DNA from: a virus
Virus record (IMG/VR): IMGVR_UViG_3300044994_000386
Location: 1-64,000 of that record
DNA: 64,000 nt
Strand: one strand, 5' to 3'
In this document: piece after piece, positions 17,464-28,030 of the stretch
How positions within the stretch are numbered: position 1 is the first letter of the stretch
Layout: every line of letters begins with the position of its first letter
Program-made: the position numbers and the translations under genes
The notes under the pieces: generated by a model
The model's database searches: none
Told to the model about the DNA's origin: nothing
Seen by the model: only the letters and a program-made list of their open reading frames with translations

Positions 17464-20400
17464 TTAAGAAATAAATCCACCTGATTGAATAGCACCTGTT
17501 CTAAGGATTTTAACGTTATTTACTATAACTCCCATACCCTTGATTGGTTCTACATAAGTATCAAGAACACCAATTTGGTTATCAATTATTTCAGGTGTGT
17601 TATTTTCTTCATCACACTTGTTGAAGTAATTGTATAAACCTTGTCTGTTTACATACTGTTCGCAAATAATATCAGCTCTCAATTTAATCTCAGATCTAAT
17701 CTCAGGGGTGTTAAATTTCCATTGGAAGTCTAACAACATTCTTGAAAGTTCTCTTTCAAGTTCAATTAATACTTCTCTTACGTGAATATAAGATAATGCT
17801 GATTTATAGAGTCTTTGGGCAGTGTTCTCAGTTTCAATTATATATCCACGATTTTTCTTGAATACTATAGGATTCATCTGAGCTTGGTTTAACCACTCAA
17901 TATCTTGGGGTGTGAAATCCATTTCAATTCCAGATATACCAGTGATTCTACCATTTGTAGTACCCGCTGCAATTGTCCAGGGAACAATATTTGTTACATT
18001 GGTAATTTGTTTTCTCATGTAAGTAGTTGCTACAAACATTGCTGGTGGGACATCTGTTGGTCTACCACCATCATTTACAGTTAAGTAAGGAGTAAAGTAA
18101 CCTACAGTTGTTGTACCCCTACCTTCACCGAATGAGTACAAGAAAGCGGGGTTGCTTTCAGGATCACCACCTTTTGAAACAAACTCAATACTCAATACGC
18201 CATTTTTTAAGAAACTTGGAGAAGACGAATTCTTGAATGACTTCATAGAAGGCATATTTATGAATCCAAAAACATCAAGCCTTTCACCGCATATATCAAC
18301 AAGTTGTTGTTTTGATCTTTCAGTTAAGCCTAAACCAAATGAGTCTACTAAGTATCTGAAGTCTAAAGCTTCTTTGTTTGTGATAGCTCTGAATAAAGGA
18401 GTACCTTTACCAACAAGATTTAATATAGCGTTTTGTCTTTCTTCTGTACCATCAGGCATTGAGGCTTCTCTGATTCTAAATCCTTTAAGAGAAATAGCTT
18501 TATATGCAGTAATATAATCTTCAATTGAAGTATATCTTGTAGTTTGTAGATCACCACTTGGACCGTATGATAACTTATTAATTCTAGCATCACAGATAAT
18601 TTCTACCAATGATGTATCAGCAGCATATATTTTTTTACTTAAAATTCTAGTAAGTTTCTTAGGAACCTGACCAGGTACTAATGTTGTAGTATCTACGTAG
18701 GCTTCTAAGAAGTCACCTACTTTAATCTCACTATATCTTGCAGCATTAACTAAAATCTTATTAGGTGCTTGAGTATATCCCAATGGAACTTCAATTTCGA
18801 TAGTTTGTTTGTAATTGGCTCTATTTGAGTGTATATCTATTGTAGTATTTGAGCTCAAATTATCAATTGTTTCGGGTGCACTTAGTGTAGAGTTCATGAA
18901 GGCAACATTTAAAATATTTGAGCTATCAAAGTACATTTGTAAATAGTGCTTCTTTGAACAATTCCATATTACTGAAACATTTTGTAAAACTTCGTTATTT
19001 AAGTTCTGAGCAACTTCAAACCAATATTCACCACCACTTGCGGTAGCAGGTGTGGAATTTGAAATTACGATCATGCCGTTGTTTAAAACTGAATTTGGAA
19101 CAATAAATGAATCACCGAACATTGCTATTGGATTTATTGGCCAACTTGAAGTAACAATTGGTGCATAGAATCTAACATAATTCATGCCATTTGAATTGAT
19201 AAATTCAACTTCGTTAATTTTTTCTGAAAGATAGTTTGAATAGAAGTAATCACCCGTGTTGATAATACCGTCGTTGTATCTTATATAGAACTGTGAGTAT
19301 TTTGCAACAACACCATCTGCTGGGGAACTAGGATTGAAAGCAGAGTTTCTAGTAGTAATGGTTTCTTCACCCAAAATGAACTCATCATCGATTCTGTATA
19401 AAACAAAGTTACCATTTAAAACATCTTGTAATTGCGTAACACTCAATCCGGTGTTTTGAATGATAAACGATTTATTAGCATTTGTTGAAGTTACGATATT
19501 TGTTATTGGCATACCTTCAAGTGAAACCTTCTCAAAAGTCGAGAAGTTATAAACCATAGCCATTTTATCTTTATTACTTGAATTTAATAGTGTAATCAAA
19601 TAGTTGAATAATTTAATTCTTCTGTATCTATGATAATTTGAAGTACTTGGAGTAGAAGCGGTGTCATTAAATTCGAACTTCAATGAAACATTACCAGATG
19701 TACCAACATTTGAAATAAAGTAGTCATTACTTCCTGTACCAAAAGTTAACTCTTTATAACCAGAACTATTAACAGTTACATGGTTAAATGAGTAAGTCAC
19801 AAATGATCCACTACTCACACCAACTGTTAAGTAGCCCAACACAATATCAGTCGGTGTGACTGAAGGATTCGTTGAATTGATAGTATTATCAATTTTAGTA
19901 ATATTACCTGTTGAGTCTAACACAATAACTGAACTAAATGTTCCGTTGTTTGGGTAATTAGATGGAACCAATTCAAATGAAGCTGTACCAGTAACGTTAA
20001 CTCTATTACCACCTATAATAGCATAAGAAGAAGTAGAGCCTACAATCGGGCCACCAACAACATTACTAACACTATATGTGAAGTTAATTGCAGAGGCAGT
20101 AAAAGATAAAGAATCGAATTTAACACCGGCTACAAATCCTTCAGCAAACCAGCCAGTTCTAGAACCATTGTTTACAAACCCACCTCTTACACCAATGGAG
20201 GTGCTGTCAATAGCCGCAACATTACCTGGTCTATCAAGGTATGTATTTGTGAATGATACGGTCTCCATAATAACATCGTTATAAGATAAGAAGTTGATCG
20301 ATGAAGCAGTACTGCCTACTAAATTATTACCAATTAAATCAACTAGTCCGTTAGTATATTCTGTTTCAAACAAATCAGTATTGAAAGCACAGAATAGACC

Positions 20401-21258
20401 TGTTCTGTCGGTGTCTTGGTTAATTACTGTTTCAATAAAAATATTTCTACCGTTAGTATCTCTGAAATAAGGAATTAAAGATAAGCCTTCGTAGAAAGAT
20501 AATAATGTTACATTTCTATCATTAGTAAAGTTATAAATTTGATCTTTTTTCAAACCCTTAGGTGAGAAATATTGAGACCATCTTGGATCAATTGACAATT
20601 CTTGATAATTTGACCAATCACCACCAACAACTATAACATCTACCATATAATCAGAAGCCCAATCAGTTTGATTTACATAATTTGGCATTTTTTCAACAGA
20701 ACCGTACCATTCAATTAAACTTCTATCGAAACCTTTCATTCTAGTTTTGAATATGAATATGGTAATATATCGATCTGATAAATTTGTAAAATTTAAAACT
20801 CTGTTATTATAGCCTACATTTGATTTAGTAATATCAATAAATGACTCAGTATCTCTTTTCCAAAAACCGGTAGTATCAAAAAATCTTCTATAAGCGCCCA
20901 GTTGTTCAACATCGTTAGATTTATCAGTAGCCGATGAAAGAGATCGATATTCAATTTTATCTAAAGTATCATCAGTTAACAACAAGTTGATCGCATAGAC
21001 TGGAGTTGATTCAAGCATTTTACTTATAGTTCTATGGAAGAAGCTGCCTTTTCTCTCAAGGTTTCTATCAATAGAACCGAAGATGGATTCTAAATCATTT
21101 ATGTTTTGTAAAAGTACCGGTGTGTTTACTGGACCTTTTTTTGAAAAACCCAATATCATTGATGTGACACCTTGTACAGTAGGACTGGTAATTACTGAAT
21201 TATCAAACTCCTCTATAAAGATACCTGGTCTCTTGTATTTTCCAATTTGAATTGCCAT
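17464..21258 (-). CDS. Contractile tail sheath protein (gp18-like), enlarged
   Basis: N-terminal RPGIFIEEFDNS..GFSKKGPVNTP; C-terminal sheath motifs SALSYIHVRE, FNTPE, CDEENNTPEIID. Confidence 0.92.
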   Translation of the reverse strand: MAIQIGKYKRPGIFIEEFDNSVITSPTVQGVTSMILGFSKKGPVNTPVLLQNINDLESIFGSIDRNLERKGSFFHRTISKMLESTPVYAINLLLTDDTLDKIEYRSLSSATDKSNDVEQLGAYRRFFDTTGFWKRDTESFIDITKSNVGYNNRVLNFTNLSDRYITIFIFKTRMKGFDRSLIEWYGSVEKMPNYVNQTDWASDYMVDVIVVGGDWSNYQELSIDPRWSQYFSPKGLKKDQIYNFTNDRNVTLLSFYEGLSLIPYFRDTNGRNIFIETVINQDTDRTGLFCAFNTDLFETEYTNGLVDLIGNNLVGSTASSINFLSYNDVIMETVSFTNTYLDRPGNVAAIDSTSIGVRGGFVNNGSRTGWFAEGFVAGVKFDSLSFTASAINFTYSVSNVVGGPIVGSTSSYAIIGGNRVNVTGTASFELVPSNYPNNGTFSSVIVLDSTGNITKIDNTINSTNPSVTPTDIVLGYLTVGVSSGSFVTYSFNHVTVNSSGYKELTFGTGSNDYFISNVGTSGNVSLKFEFNDTASTPSTSNYHRYRRIKLFNYLITLLNSSNKDKMAMVYNFSTFEKVSLEGMPITNIVTSTNANKSFIIQNTGLSVTQLQDVLNGNFVLYRIDDEFILGEETITTRNSAFNPSSPADGVVAKYSQFYIRYNDGIINTGDYFYSNYLSEKINEVEFINSNGMNYVRFYAPIVTSSWPINPIAMFGDSFIVPNSVLNNGMIVISNSTPATASGGEYWFEVAQNLNNEVLQNVSVIWNCSKKHYLQMYFDSSNILNVAFMNSTLSAPETIDNLSSNTTIDIHSNRANYKQTIEIEVPLGYTQAPNKILVNAARYSEIKVGDFLEAYVDTTTLVPGQVPKKLTRILSKKIYAADTSLVEIICDARINKLSYGPSGDLQTTRYTSIEDYITAYKAISLKGFRIREASMPDGTEERQNAILNLVGKGTPLFRAITNKEALDFRYLVDSFGLGLTERSKQQLVDICGERLDVFGFINMPSMKSFKNSSSPSFLKNGVLSIEFVSKGGDPESNPAFLYSFGEGRGTTTVGYFTPYLTVNDGGRPTDVPPAMFVATTYMRKQITNVTNIVPWTIAAGTTNGRITGISGIEMDFTPQDIEWLNQAQMNPIVFKKNRGYIIETENTAQRLYKSALSYIHVREVLIELERELSRMLLDFQWKFNTPEIRSEIKLRADIICEQYVNRQGLYNYFNKCDEENNTPEIIDNQIGVLDTYVEPIKGMGVIVNNVKILRTGAIQSGGFIS

Positions 21259-21327
21259 AATGTATAATTATTTTTGTTTAACATATATATAAAAAAAGAA
21301 AAATCATATTTTTTCTTTTTTTAACAA

Positions 21328-21897
21328 TTATGTTGATTGTTCTTTATTGATTCTTCGTTGAGAGTCAATAAGTTGTTTCTTTATTTTAGCTATTTCCGAG
21401 TCGATCTGTTTTTTCAAGATAATGATTTCAGAATTAAGTTTTTGGATTTCGGTTTTCTTAGATGCTATTTTTTCTTCAATTTCTTTAATTTCTTGTTTCA
21501 AATTATCCATCAGATCCTTGTTCCCTTTTGAAGCATCTTTTTTATTCGTTATTGTTTGTTGATCTGTTTTAATTAACTTCTCAATATCCATTATTTTTCT
21601 CATTTTTCGTGATATCTGAGCATGTATGGCTAGTAGAGGATTTGTAAATTTAATAGTTTTTGTATTACTATTATCTACCTCAATTAGTTTCTGATCTTTT
21701 AACTTATTAATTAAATCTTTATCATCAGTATAAGTCTTATAGATATTATCTAAATTTACTTTTTTAAGATTATACTCAGTGATGTTTTCTTCTAAATCAT
21801 TAAAAGATTTCTTTTGAGAGGCAATCTCAGGATCATCATTTGCGTCTAACTGATATTTCTCAGAAATAAATTTATTATAATTAGATAAATGTTTCAT
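21328..21897 (-). CDS. Coiled-coil hypothetical protein
   Basis: 189-aa ORF; N-terminal MKHLSNYNKFISE. Confidence 0.7.
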   Translation of the reverse strand: MKHLSNYNKFISEKYQLDANDDPEIASQKKSFNDLEENITEYNLKKVNLDNIYKTYTDDKDLINKLKDQKLIEVDNSNTKTIKFTNPLLAIHAQISRKMRKIMDIEKLIKTDQQTITNKKDASKGNKDLMDNLKQEIKEIEEKIASKKTEIQKLNSEIIILKKQIDSEIAKIKKQLIDSQRRINKEQST

Positions 21898-24578
21898 TAT
21901 TTTTTGTTATACTTTTCTTTTATATCACTAAGTCCAATAGACTTATCATACTTAGGTCTCATTTTGTCGGTGATAATATCTTTACCTGGTTCTATTTTAA
22001 CAATCTCCATAACATACTTATTATTTTTATCCTTTGGAATATTTAATATGAATCCTTTAACTATCTTAATCTCTTTATCTTTGAGCTCTACTTTATTAAT
22101 AAATTCATTTAGCTCTTGAGTCTTCATATTAAAGGTTCCTCTTAAAGATTCACCTTCAAAGAATCCTATATTAATTTTACCATTTTCACCAAGTTTATCT
22201 ATAAGATCTTGTTCTGGAGATTTAAATTTCTTAGATAATAAATATTTAAAAAGATCTTTATAACCAATCTGATATTTGAAAGCTACTATTTTTTTATTAT
22301 TATTATCAACAAAGGTACCCATGATATACATTACCATTGTATGCTTTTTACCATCTTCATCATAATTCAGTATCAAATATGAGTGTTTATCAAATTCCGA
22401 TTTAGATATACTAAATGGTCTAAGCTCTGATAATACAGTTTGATTCACTACTACTTCATCTTTAGGAACTTCTTTACCTTCCATTGTAGCCTGAGCTGGT
22501 TTTATGTTAGCTTTATCTTCAGCAATGTTAAAATATTTTGTTAATAATTTTCTTCTAGCGGCATCATAATCCTTCAAAGCGTCATCATCTAACATATCAT
22601 TAATAAAATTAAATAGTACTTGACCTGCACCTGGATTACCATTTATAGATAAGTTAGGATTGGCGAATATTTTACGAAGAGAGGGATTTTGTAAAATTGT
22701 CATAACTCCCTTCTTCCATTTATCAAGAACAACCTTTATTGCAAATGGGCCATTCGGGGCTCTATCTGGTTGCCAATCTCCGGTGCCTTTACCTAAGTAT
22801 TTATATTCTCTCCAAGTTTTCTGTGAAACTCGACCATTTGGACGACCGGACGGTATTTGTGGTGTGACAAAAATATTATAAGCGTCTCCAAAAATATCGA
22901 CTATCTTTATTATCGGATCTACATTTTGAGTAGTATCGATGTTTATCTTTATATTCTTGAATTTAGAATTCATGCTATATTTTTCTTCTTTTGAAGCAAT
23001 CCAGATTGACTCATCTTCTTTGGAAAAATTTTTTCTATATACTTCAAAAACAGGATTTTTATCTCCTTTTTTATCACTATCTGATTCATTTATTCTCATG
23101 AATTCTTTATATGATGATAAGAATTTTTCTTTCTTTGGTTTTTCTTCAGAAATTCTTGGTAATGTTTCTTGCATTGAGTCGAAAGAATCTATGATAGATT
23201 GGATGTCTTCGCTTAGACCTTCCATCATTTTTATTAATTCCGGTGAATTTTTGAAACCTAAAATGGGTTTACAAAACAAAGAAATGGATTTGGCCACATC
23301 ACTAAATTTAACGGCTTCAACAACCAATTCACTTGATTCAAGTGGTTTACCATTAGTTTTAAGATTATTTATTAATTGTTTACCAATATAGATTATTTTT
23401 GAATTTACAGTACCTTCTGTTGGCCAAATTATGCCCGCCCATTCAATGCCGGTTTTTTGTTCTGTTTTTGAACCGTCAATCATATCTTGAATCATTTTTA
23501 CATAATTAGAAATATTAGATGATTTATAATATTTTACTAAATTATTATAAGCGATCTTCGCTTTTGTATCTTCAATTGACTCAAATATAAATTTTTCGTT
23601 TTTATTAAATATTTTTGTTTTTTTAACATCACCTGTACCGCTTGAAGAGCTATCAATTGAAAGATTTTTGATGTCAACTTCCATAGTCGGATTATTTGGC
23701 AACGATTTACCAGAATCGTCTAACAATTCCACAAATACACTATTTGGATTACCAAGCTTTCCTTTCTTAACATCATCTTTTGTAATAAATTGTTTATCAT
23801 TACCAATACCGACTTGATTGGTAAATGAAATTAATTTTGCTTTTTTCTTTTCTCCATTTTTATTTGTGTATGTGTAAATACCACCAATCTTAAATTTATT
23901 CTTTTCTGGTGTGGTCTCTTTTTGTTCGGTTGGTTTATTAAGATTTTTGTTTAATAAATTATGTAATGAAATAACGGACTTAAAAATTTGAACCACTGAA
24001 GTCTTGAATTTTTCTTTTGGTTCATCAACTTCTAAGTCTTCATTTTCTATATCTTCATCATCATCTTCTCTTTCAATTTCAACATTTCCACTTTCTCTAA
24101 GTTCTTCTAAGTCTTTTCTAAATTGTTCAATTTGGTTTTTTAATGCTTCTTTTTCTGGGAACTCATTTATTTCATCTAATTCATTAACTAATTGATCAAT
24201 TAAGCCACCATTTTTCAGAAACAAATCAAGTGGCTCAGGCTTCATAGCGGCCTTTTTAATATTCTCAAATAAAGCATAAATAATCGCTTTTCGAAATATT
24301 TCTTTTTCTTTATTTAAATAATCTACTTCTAAAGACTCGAGTTGATATTTTAGCTTTTTTAATAATGGATTTATTCTAAGTATTTTAGTACCAATAATGA
24401 CTTTGCGAATAGTTGAATTTATTAATCTACCTAACAAAGAACCACCCCAAGTTATATCATTTTCTAAGACTTCTTTAACTAATGCGGAAGACTCTAAGTC
24501 TTGTGATTTATAGTTGTAGAATTCTTTGTATTTTATAAAATCTGTTAAAAATTCTTTTCTATTTTTTAAATACTTCAT
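21897..24578 (-). CDS. Large hypothetical, probable virion/internal protein
   Basis: 893-aa ORF; TAATATATA upstream; MKYLK start. Confidence 0.7.
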   Translation of the reverse strand: MKYLKNRKEFLTDFIKYKEFYNYKSQDLESSALVKEVLENDITWGGSLLGRLINSTIRKVIIGTKILRINPLLKKLKYQLESLEVDYLNKEKEIFRKAIIYALFENIKKAAMKPEPLDLFLKNGGLIDQLVNELDEINEFPEKEALKNQIEQFRKDLEELRESGNVEIEREDDDEDIENEDLEVDEPKEKFKTSVVQIFKSVISLHNLLNKNLNKPTEQKETTPEKNKFKIGGIYTYTNKNGEKKKAKLISFTNQVGIGNDKQFITKDDVKKGKLGNPNSVFVELLDDSGKSLPNNPTMEVDIKNLSIDSSSSGTGDVKKTKIFNKNEKFIFESIEDTKAKIAYNNLVKYYKSSNISNYVKMIQDMIDGSKTEQKTGIEWAGIIWPTEGTVNSKIIYIGKQLINNLKTNGKPLESSELVVEAVKFSDVAKSISLFCKPILGFKNSPELIKMMEGLSEDIQSIIDSFDSMQETLPRISEEKPKKEKFLSSYKEFMRINESDSDKKGDKNPVFEVYRKNFSKEDESIWIASKEEKYSMNSKFKNIKINIDTTQNVDPIIKIVDIFGDAYNIFVTPQIPSGRPNGRVSQKTWREYKYLGKGTGDWQPDRAPNGPFAIKVVLDKWKKGVMTILQNPSLRKIFANPNLSINGNPGAGQVLFNFINDMLDDDALKDYDAARRKLLTKYFNIAEDKANIKPAQATMEGKEVPKDEVVVNQTVLSELRPFSISKSEFDKHSYLILNYDEDGKKHTMVMYIMGTFVDNNNKKIVAFKYQIGYKDLFKYLLSKKFKSPEQDLIDKLGENGKINIGFFEGESLRGTFNMKTQELNEFINKVELKDKEIKIVKGFILNIPKDKNNKYVMEIVKIEPGKDIITDKMRPKYDKSIGLSDIKEKYNKK

Positions 24579-24646
24579 ATATTCGCAATATTTATTTTAG
24601 TTATATATTAATTTTTATACTTCAAAAAAAAAATCATTTAATTTAG

Positions 24647-24677
24647 TTTGGTAAATTCAAAAAACTCCTTATATTTG
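24647..24677 (+). promoter_or_regulatory. Bacteroidota-type housekeeping promoter
   Basis: TTTG (24647-24650), 19-nt spacer, TATATTTG (24670-24677), matching -33 TTTG / -7 TAnnTTTG. Confidence 0.55.
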
Positions 24678-24681
24678 TTAT

Positions 24682-25086
24682 ATGATGTACGACATATTAA
24701 AGAATCTAATTTTAATCGATTTATCTAACATTAAACCAGAGAATATCGAAAAACTTTTGATTGATAACGGTCTTAATGATGAGTTGTGTCATGAGAAATT
24801 AGCTAAAATGAAAGATAAAGGTGTCGATAAGTTGTACTTAGACTCAAAAACTTTTGAAACTGTAGCTGCTGTATATAGTGATAATCCTCTTAGAGTCATG
24901 TGGGAAATAACTTTTTTGGTTGAAGTTCTCGATATGAAGCCCATCAAATTTAAAAGTCAAAAATTAAAGCCTAATAATGCCGGCTTTAATAAACTTGATA
25001 TTGATGCTATCTTAGATAAGATTAATGAAAATGGCATCGATTCTTTAACTGAAGAAGAAAAAAGATATTTGAAAAATAATAACTAA
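24682..25086 (+). CDS. Hypothetical with DUF6576-like C-terminus
   Basis: IDAILDKINENGIDSLTEEEKRYL. Confidence 0.6.
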   Translation: MMYDILKNLILIDLSNIKPENIEKLLIDNGLNDELCHEKLAKMKDKGVDKLYLDSKTFETVAAVYSDNPLRVMWEITFLVEVLDMKPIKFKSQKLKPNNAGFNKLDIDAILDKINENGIDSLTEEEKRYLKNNN

Positions 25087-25259
25087 ATTGGCTGACTTTG
25101 TGTTACTAAATTAAAGAAATCGGCTCCGTATAAACTTAACTTAAACACCAGATCATTTTAGATTCGGTGTTTTTTTTATTTCTGATCCGTAAAAAATCTT
25201 AAAATTTTTAAAATCAAGTTATTTTTTAGCCAGAATAGCGAATATATAAATCATGAATT

Positions 25260-25547
25260 ATGAGATATAGATGTCTTGAATATTCGGGTAAAAGGATTTA
25301 TAACCAAAATAAAATTGAGCAAATCTTAGAGGAGAATAACCTCAGTTGGCTTATCGATTCAGAGTTTGAAGATGCTGATATTGAAATCAAGAATCGGACA
25401 CTAATTTGGAACTCAGGTAATTATTACTCTGGAATCTGGTATTATGGAATTTGGAAATCAGGAACTTTTTATGGCACATGGATGAATGGAATTTTTGAAG
25501 GAGGTATTTTCAAAGGCAAATTCATTAGTGGAATTAAATCTGTTTAA
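25260..25547 (+). CDS. Hypothetical with (W/F)xxG pentapeptide-like repeats
   Basis: WNSGNYYSGIWYYGIWKSGTFYGTWMNGIFEGG. Confidence 0.65.
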   Translation: MRYRCLEYSGKRIYNQNKIEQILEENNLSWLIDSEFEDADIEIKNRTLIWNSGNYYSGIWYYGIWKSGTFYGTWMNGIFEGGIFKGKFISGIKSV

Positions 25548-25573
25548 GATATAAAAAAATCAAATTTTTCTCT

Positions 25574-26029
25574 ATGAAAAGAAAAAAATTAAATACCGAT
25601 TACAATGAAAATTACAAAAATCATCAAAATCAAGTTGTTATTACTACTGAAGTGACCGGTGAAACATTTTTTGAAATTGGTGATCAAGTAACAACAGACA
25701 TAGCTGAAGCAATAGCAATTCTAATGAGATCAAACATTTATGACGAAAAATTATGGAATCAAGAATTCAGTTTTGAATTAATTGAAAATGTTTGTCCTGC
25801 TAAATGTTTATATTGGTTAACCGGTGGTCCAAAAGAATGGAACGTATTAGATAATTATAAAAAACCTTGGTCAGAGTGTAATTTAATTTTTCAAGAAGAG
25901 TTTGGTTTTATGGTTATGAGAGTTCTCAAGAAATCTAAGAGATTAAAAGATATTAGAGATGGATTTAGAAAATATTTAAATTTACCTATTTTATATGATT
26001 TTGCGATAAGTCAAGATTTAATAAAGTGA
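25574..26029 (+). CDS. Hypothetical protein
   Basis: 151-aa ORF followed by terminator. Confidence 0.65.
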   Translation: MKRKKLNTDYNENYKNHQNQVVITTEVTGETFFEIGDQVTTDIAEAIAILMRSNIYDEKLWNQEFSFELIENVCPAKCLYWLTGGPKEWNVLDNYKKPWSECNLIFQEEFGFMVMRVLKKSKRLKDIRDGFRKYLNLPILYDFAISQDLIK

Positions 26030-26042
26030 ATATATTTATTTG

Positions 26043-26068
26043 AAACCCACCAATTTGGTGGGTTTTTT
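26043..26068 (+). terminator. Intrinsic terminator
   Basis: aaacccacca-att-tggtgggtttttt. Confidence 0.8.
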
Positions 26069-26085
26069 ATTTTAATATATAATTT

Positions 26086-26370
26086 ATGGAACAAATGAAA
26101 TCAATTTGTAGAAATCCTTGGTGTAAGTCACATTTTTACTATACTGAGAATGATATGATTATAGTAGGTACAGATAAACTAAATGGTAAAATCGATGATC
26201 AAATTGAAAAAGTACCACCAACTGAATGTCCTAAATGTCGAAGCTTTAATCAAGAGTTGTCCGGAGGTGTTTCTTGGATTGAAAAGAAATATGAAGGCTC
26301 TCGCGATGATGGTTTACCACATACTATTTCAATCAACATTTCAAAATATATATATGGGAGAAAATGGTAA
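26086..26370 (+). CDS. Small zinc-finger protein
   Basis: CRNPWC..CPKC. Confidence 0.65.
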   Translation: MEQMKSICRNPWCKSHFYYTENDMIIVGTDKLNGKIDDQIEKVPPTECPKCRSFNQELSGGVSWIEKKYEGSRDDGLPHTISINISKYIYGRKW

Positions 26371-27227
26371 AAGCAAATTTTTTTGATTTAGACGTAATTG
26401 TTAGTACAGATGCTAAGGCTTGGATTGTTGATAAAAATAATCCTTCGATTCCTATTATGAAAATTTCTAAGTCTGATTTTAATTTATATCAAAACGGCAT
26501 CTTCAGAAAGCAAGGTAACAAAATTGAATTCAATGGTAAAACGTTCTGGTTACCAACAGACATAGTCAATAAATTAAAAATTAAAGTAAAAAACCATAAT
26601 TCTAAATTTACAGATTTGGCCATTTCATTACAAGAATTTTTAAACAAAGATATTATTGATAATTTAAAATTTGAATTGAATATTCAATTATTATCTAAAT
26701 TAAAAAATACCACAGATGATATTTATATTATCTGTTCAAAACAAACTAAGCTTTCACATCAGTCTATTATTGATAAGTTTAAAGAGAAATTAAAAGAACA
26801 AGGATTACAAATTAAAAACTTCTATTTTATATCCGAAACATTCTACAATCAAAATAAAGATGATGTTGAATTTAAAAAAATAAGATTGTTAATTCAACAT
26901 TTGATTGGTTATAAAACTTCCGGAAATAAATTTATTGACGAAGAAATAACTAGATATGACCAAATCGAATACTATGATAATAATTTAGACACTATAGAAG
27001 TTACTAAACAAATTAACGATATTTTGAAAGTTATTTGGCAAAATTCTGATGATGGTTTAAAATCTGTAATCAAAGAAGATATTATTCAATATAAACCTCA
27101 GTTAATTGTTAATCAAGTCAATGATAATAAATTAAATCAGATTTCATCTGAGAAGATACTTCTATCACTTTCAAATTTAATAAAGACATTTGAGAGTTTT
27201 AATTTAGTAAATTACCGTTTTAGGTGA
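26364..27227 (+). CDS. Hypothetical, degenerate HAD-like fold
   Basis: FFDLD near N-terminus, IEYYDN near C-terminus. Confidence 0.5.
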   Translation: MVKANFFDLDVIVSTDAKAWIVDKNNPSIPIMKISKSDFNLYQNGIFRKQGNKIEFNGKTFWLPTDIVNKLKIKVKNHNSKFTDLAISLQEFLNKDIIDNLKFELNIQLLSKLKNTTDDIYIICSKQTKLSHQSIIDKFKEKLKEQGLQIKNFYFISETFYNQNKDDVEFKKIRLLIQHLIGYKTSGNKFIDEEITRYDQIEYYDNNLDTIEVTKQINDILKVIWQNSDDGLKSVIKEDIIQYKPQLIVNQVNDNKLNQISSEKILLSLSNLIKTFESFNLVNYRFR

Positions 27228-27375
27228 ACTAGGATCGACTCTAAATACTTATAGAAAAATCAATCAATTCAATATAATATTACAATTAACTCAAATGTAG
27301 TAGGGTGTTATAGATATAATTAACTGGAAGAGTATTGATTCTAAATTTAAATTAGTTAATTTTCAATGAATCTGA

Positions 27376-27981
27376 TTATTCTTTATTCTTCAAGTACTTA
27401 TCAATCATTTCATTCAAACTACGAGAGTCAGTAATTTGACCAGTTTCAATTTTATTTTCTTCTTCTTCAATTGTTTCAGTTCTTTTTGGCATCTCATTTA
27501 GACCTAAATCTTTACGTATTTCTTTATAAAACTTTTCCAATTCGGTTCTTTGTGTTGTAGCAAACTTTGTGTTTTCGCGTATTTGAGAAATCGTTTGATT
27601 CACAACTTCATGCATACGAGCTGAATTATCACCATTATCTACTTGCCTTAATTGAGTTAAAAAATTTTTACGTGTCATTTTCTGTAAAAAAATAGTTTCA
27701 GCATAAACCATTGCATCTTCTTTCATCTTATTTCTAATATATTGATGTTGTGATACTGGAGAATCACCAAGATATAAATCAACTAAAGACTCGAGAATTT
27801 CATTGGCTTGTGACTTAGCATCTTGAATATCGTTATCATAGTCATAGATTTGAATCTCACCTAAATCTGGTAAATCATCTTTGGTTGCTAAGTATTTAGA
27901 AACGTCTAAATCTTTGTTTTGGTTTTGAATTCTATCAAATTCATCTTGTAGTTCGTTAATCTTTTGTTCTTTCTTGTTCAT
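27376..27981 (-). CDS. Probable terminase small subunit (start corrected to MNKKEQ)
   Basis: SARMHEVVNQTI resembles the PRxxEV motif of T4-like gp16; helical; adjacent to TerL. Confidence 0.5.
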   Translation of the reverse strand: MNKKEQKINELQDEFDRIQNQNKDLDVSKYLATKDDLPDLGEIQIYDYDNDIQDAKSQANEILESLVDLYLGDSPVSQHQYIRNKMKEDAMVYAETIFLQKMTRKNFLTQLRQVDNGDNSARMHEVVNQTISQIRENTKFATTQRTELEKFYKEIRKDLGLNEMPKRTETIEEEENKIETGQITDSRSLNEMIDKYLKNKE

Positions 27982-28030
27982 GATTATAAACGAGAATTTT
28001 AGATATATATTGAAAAATAATAATTCCTTT

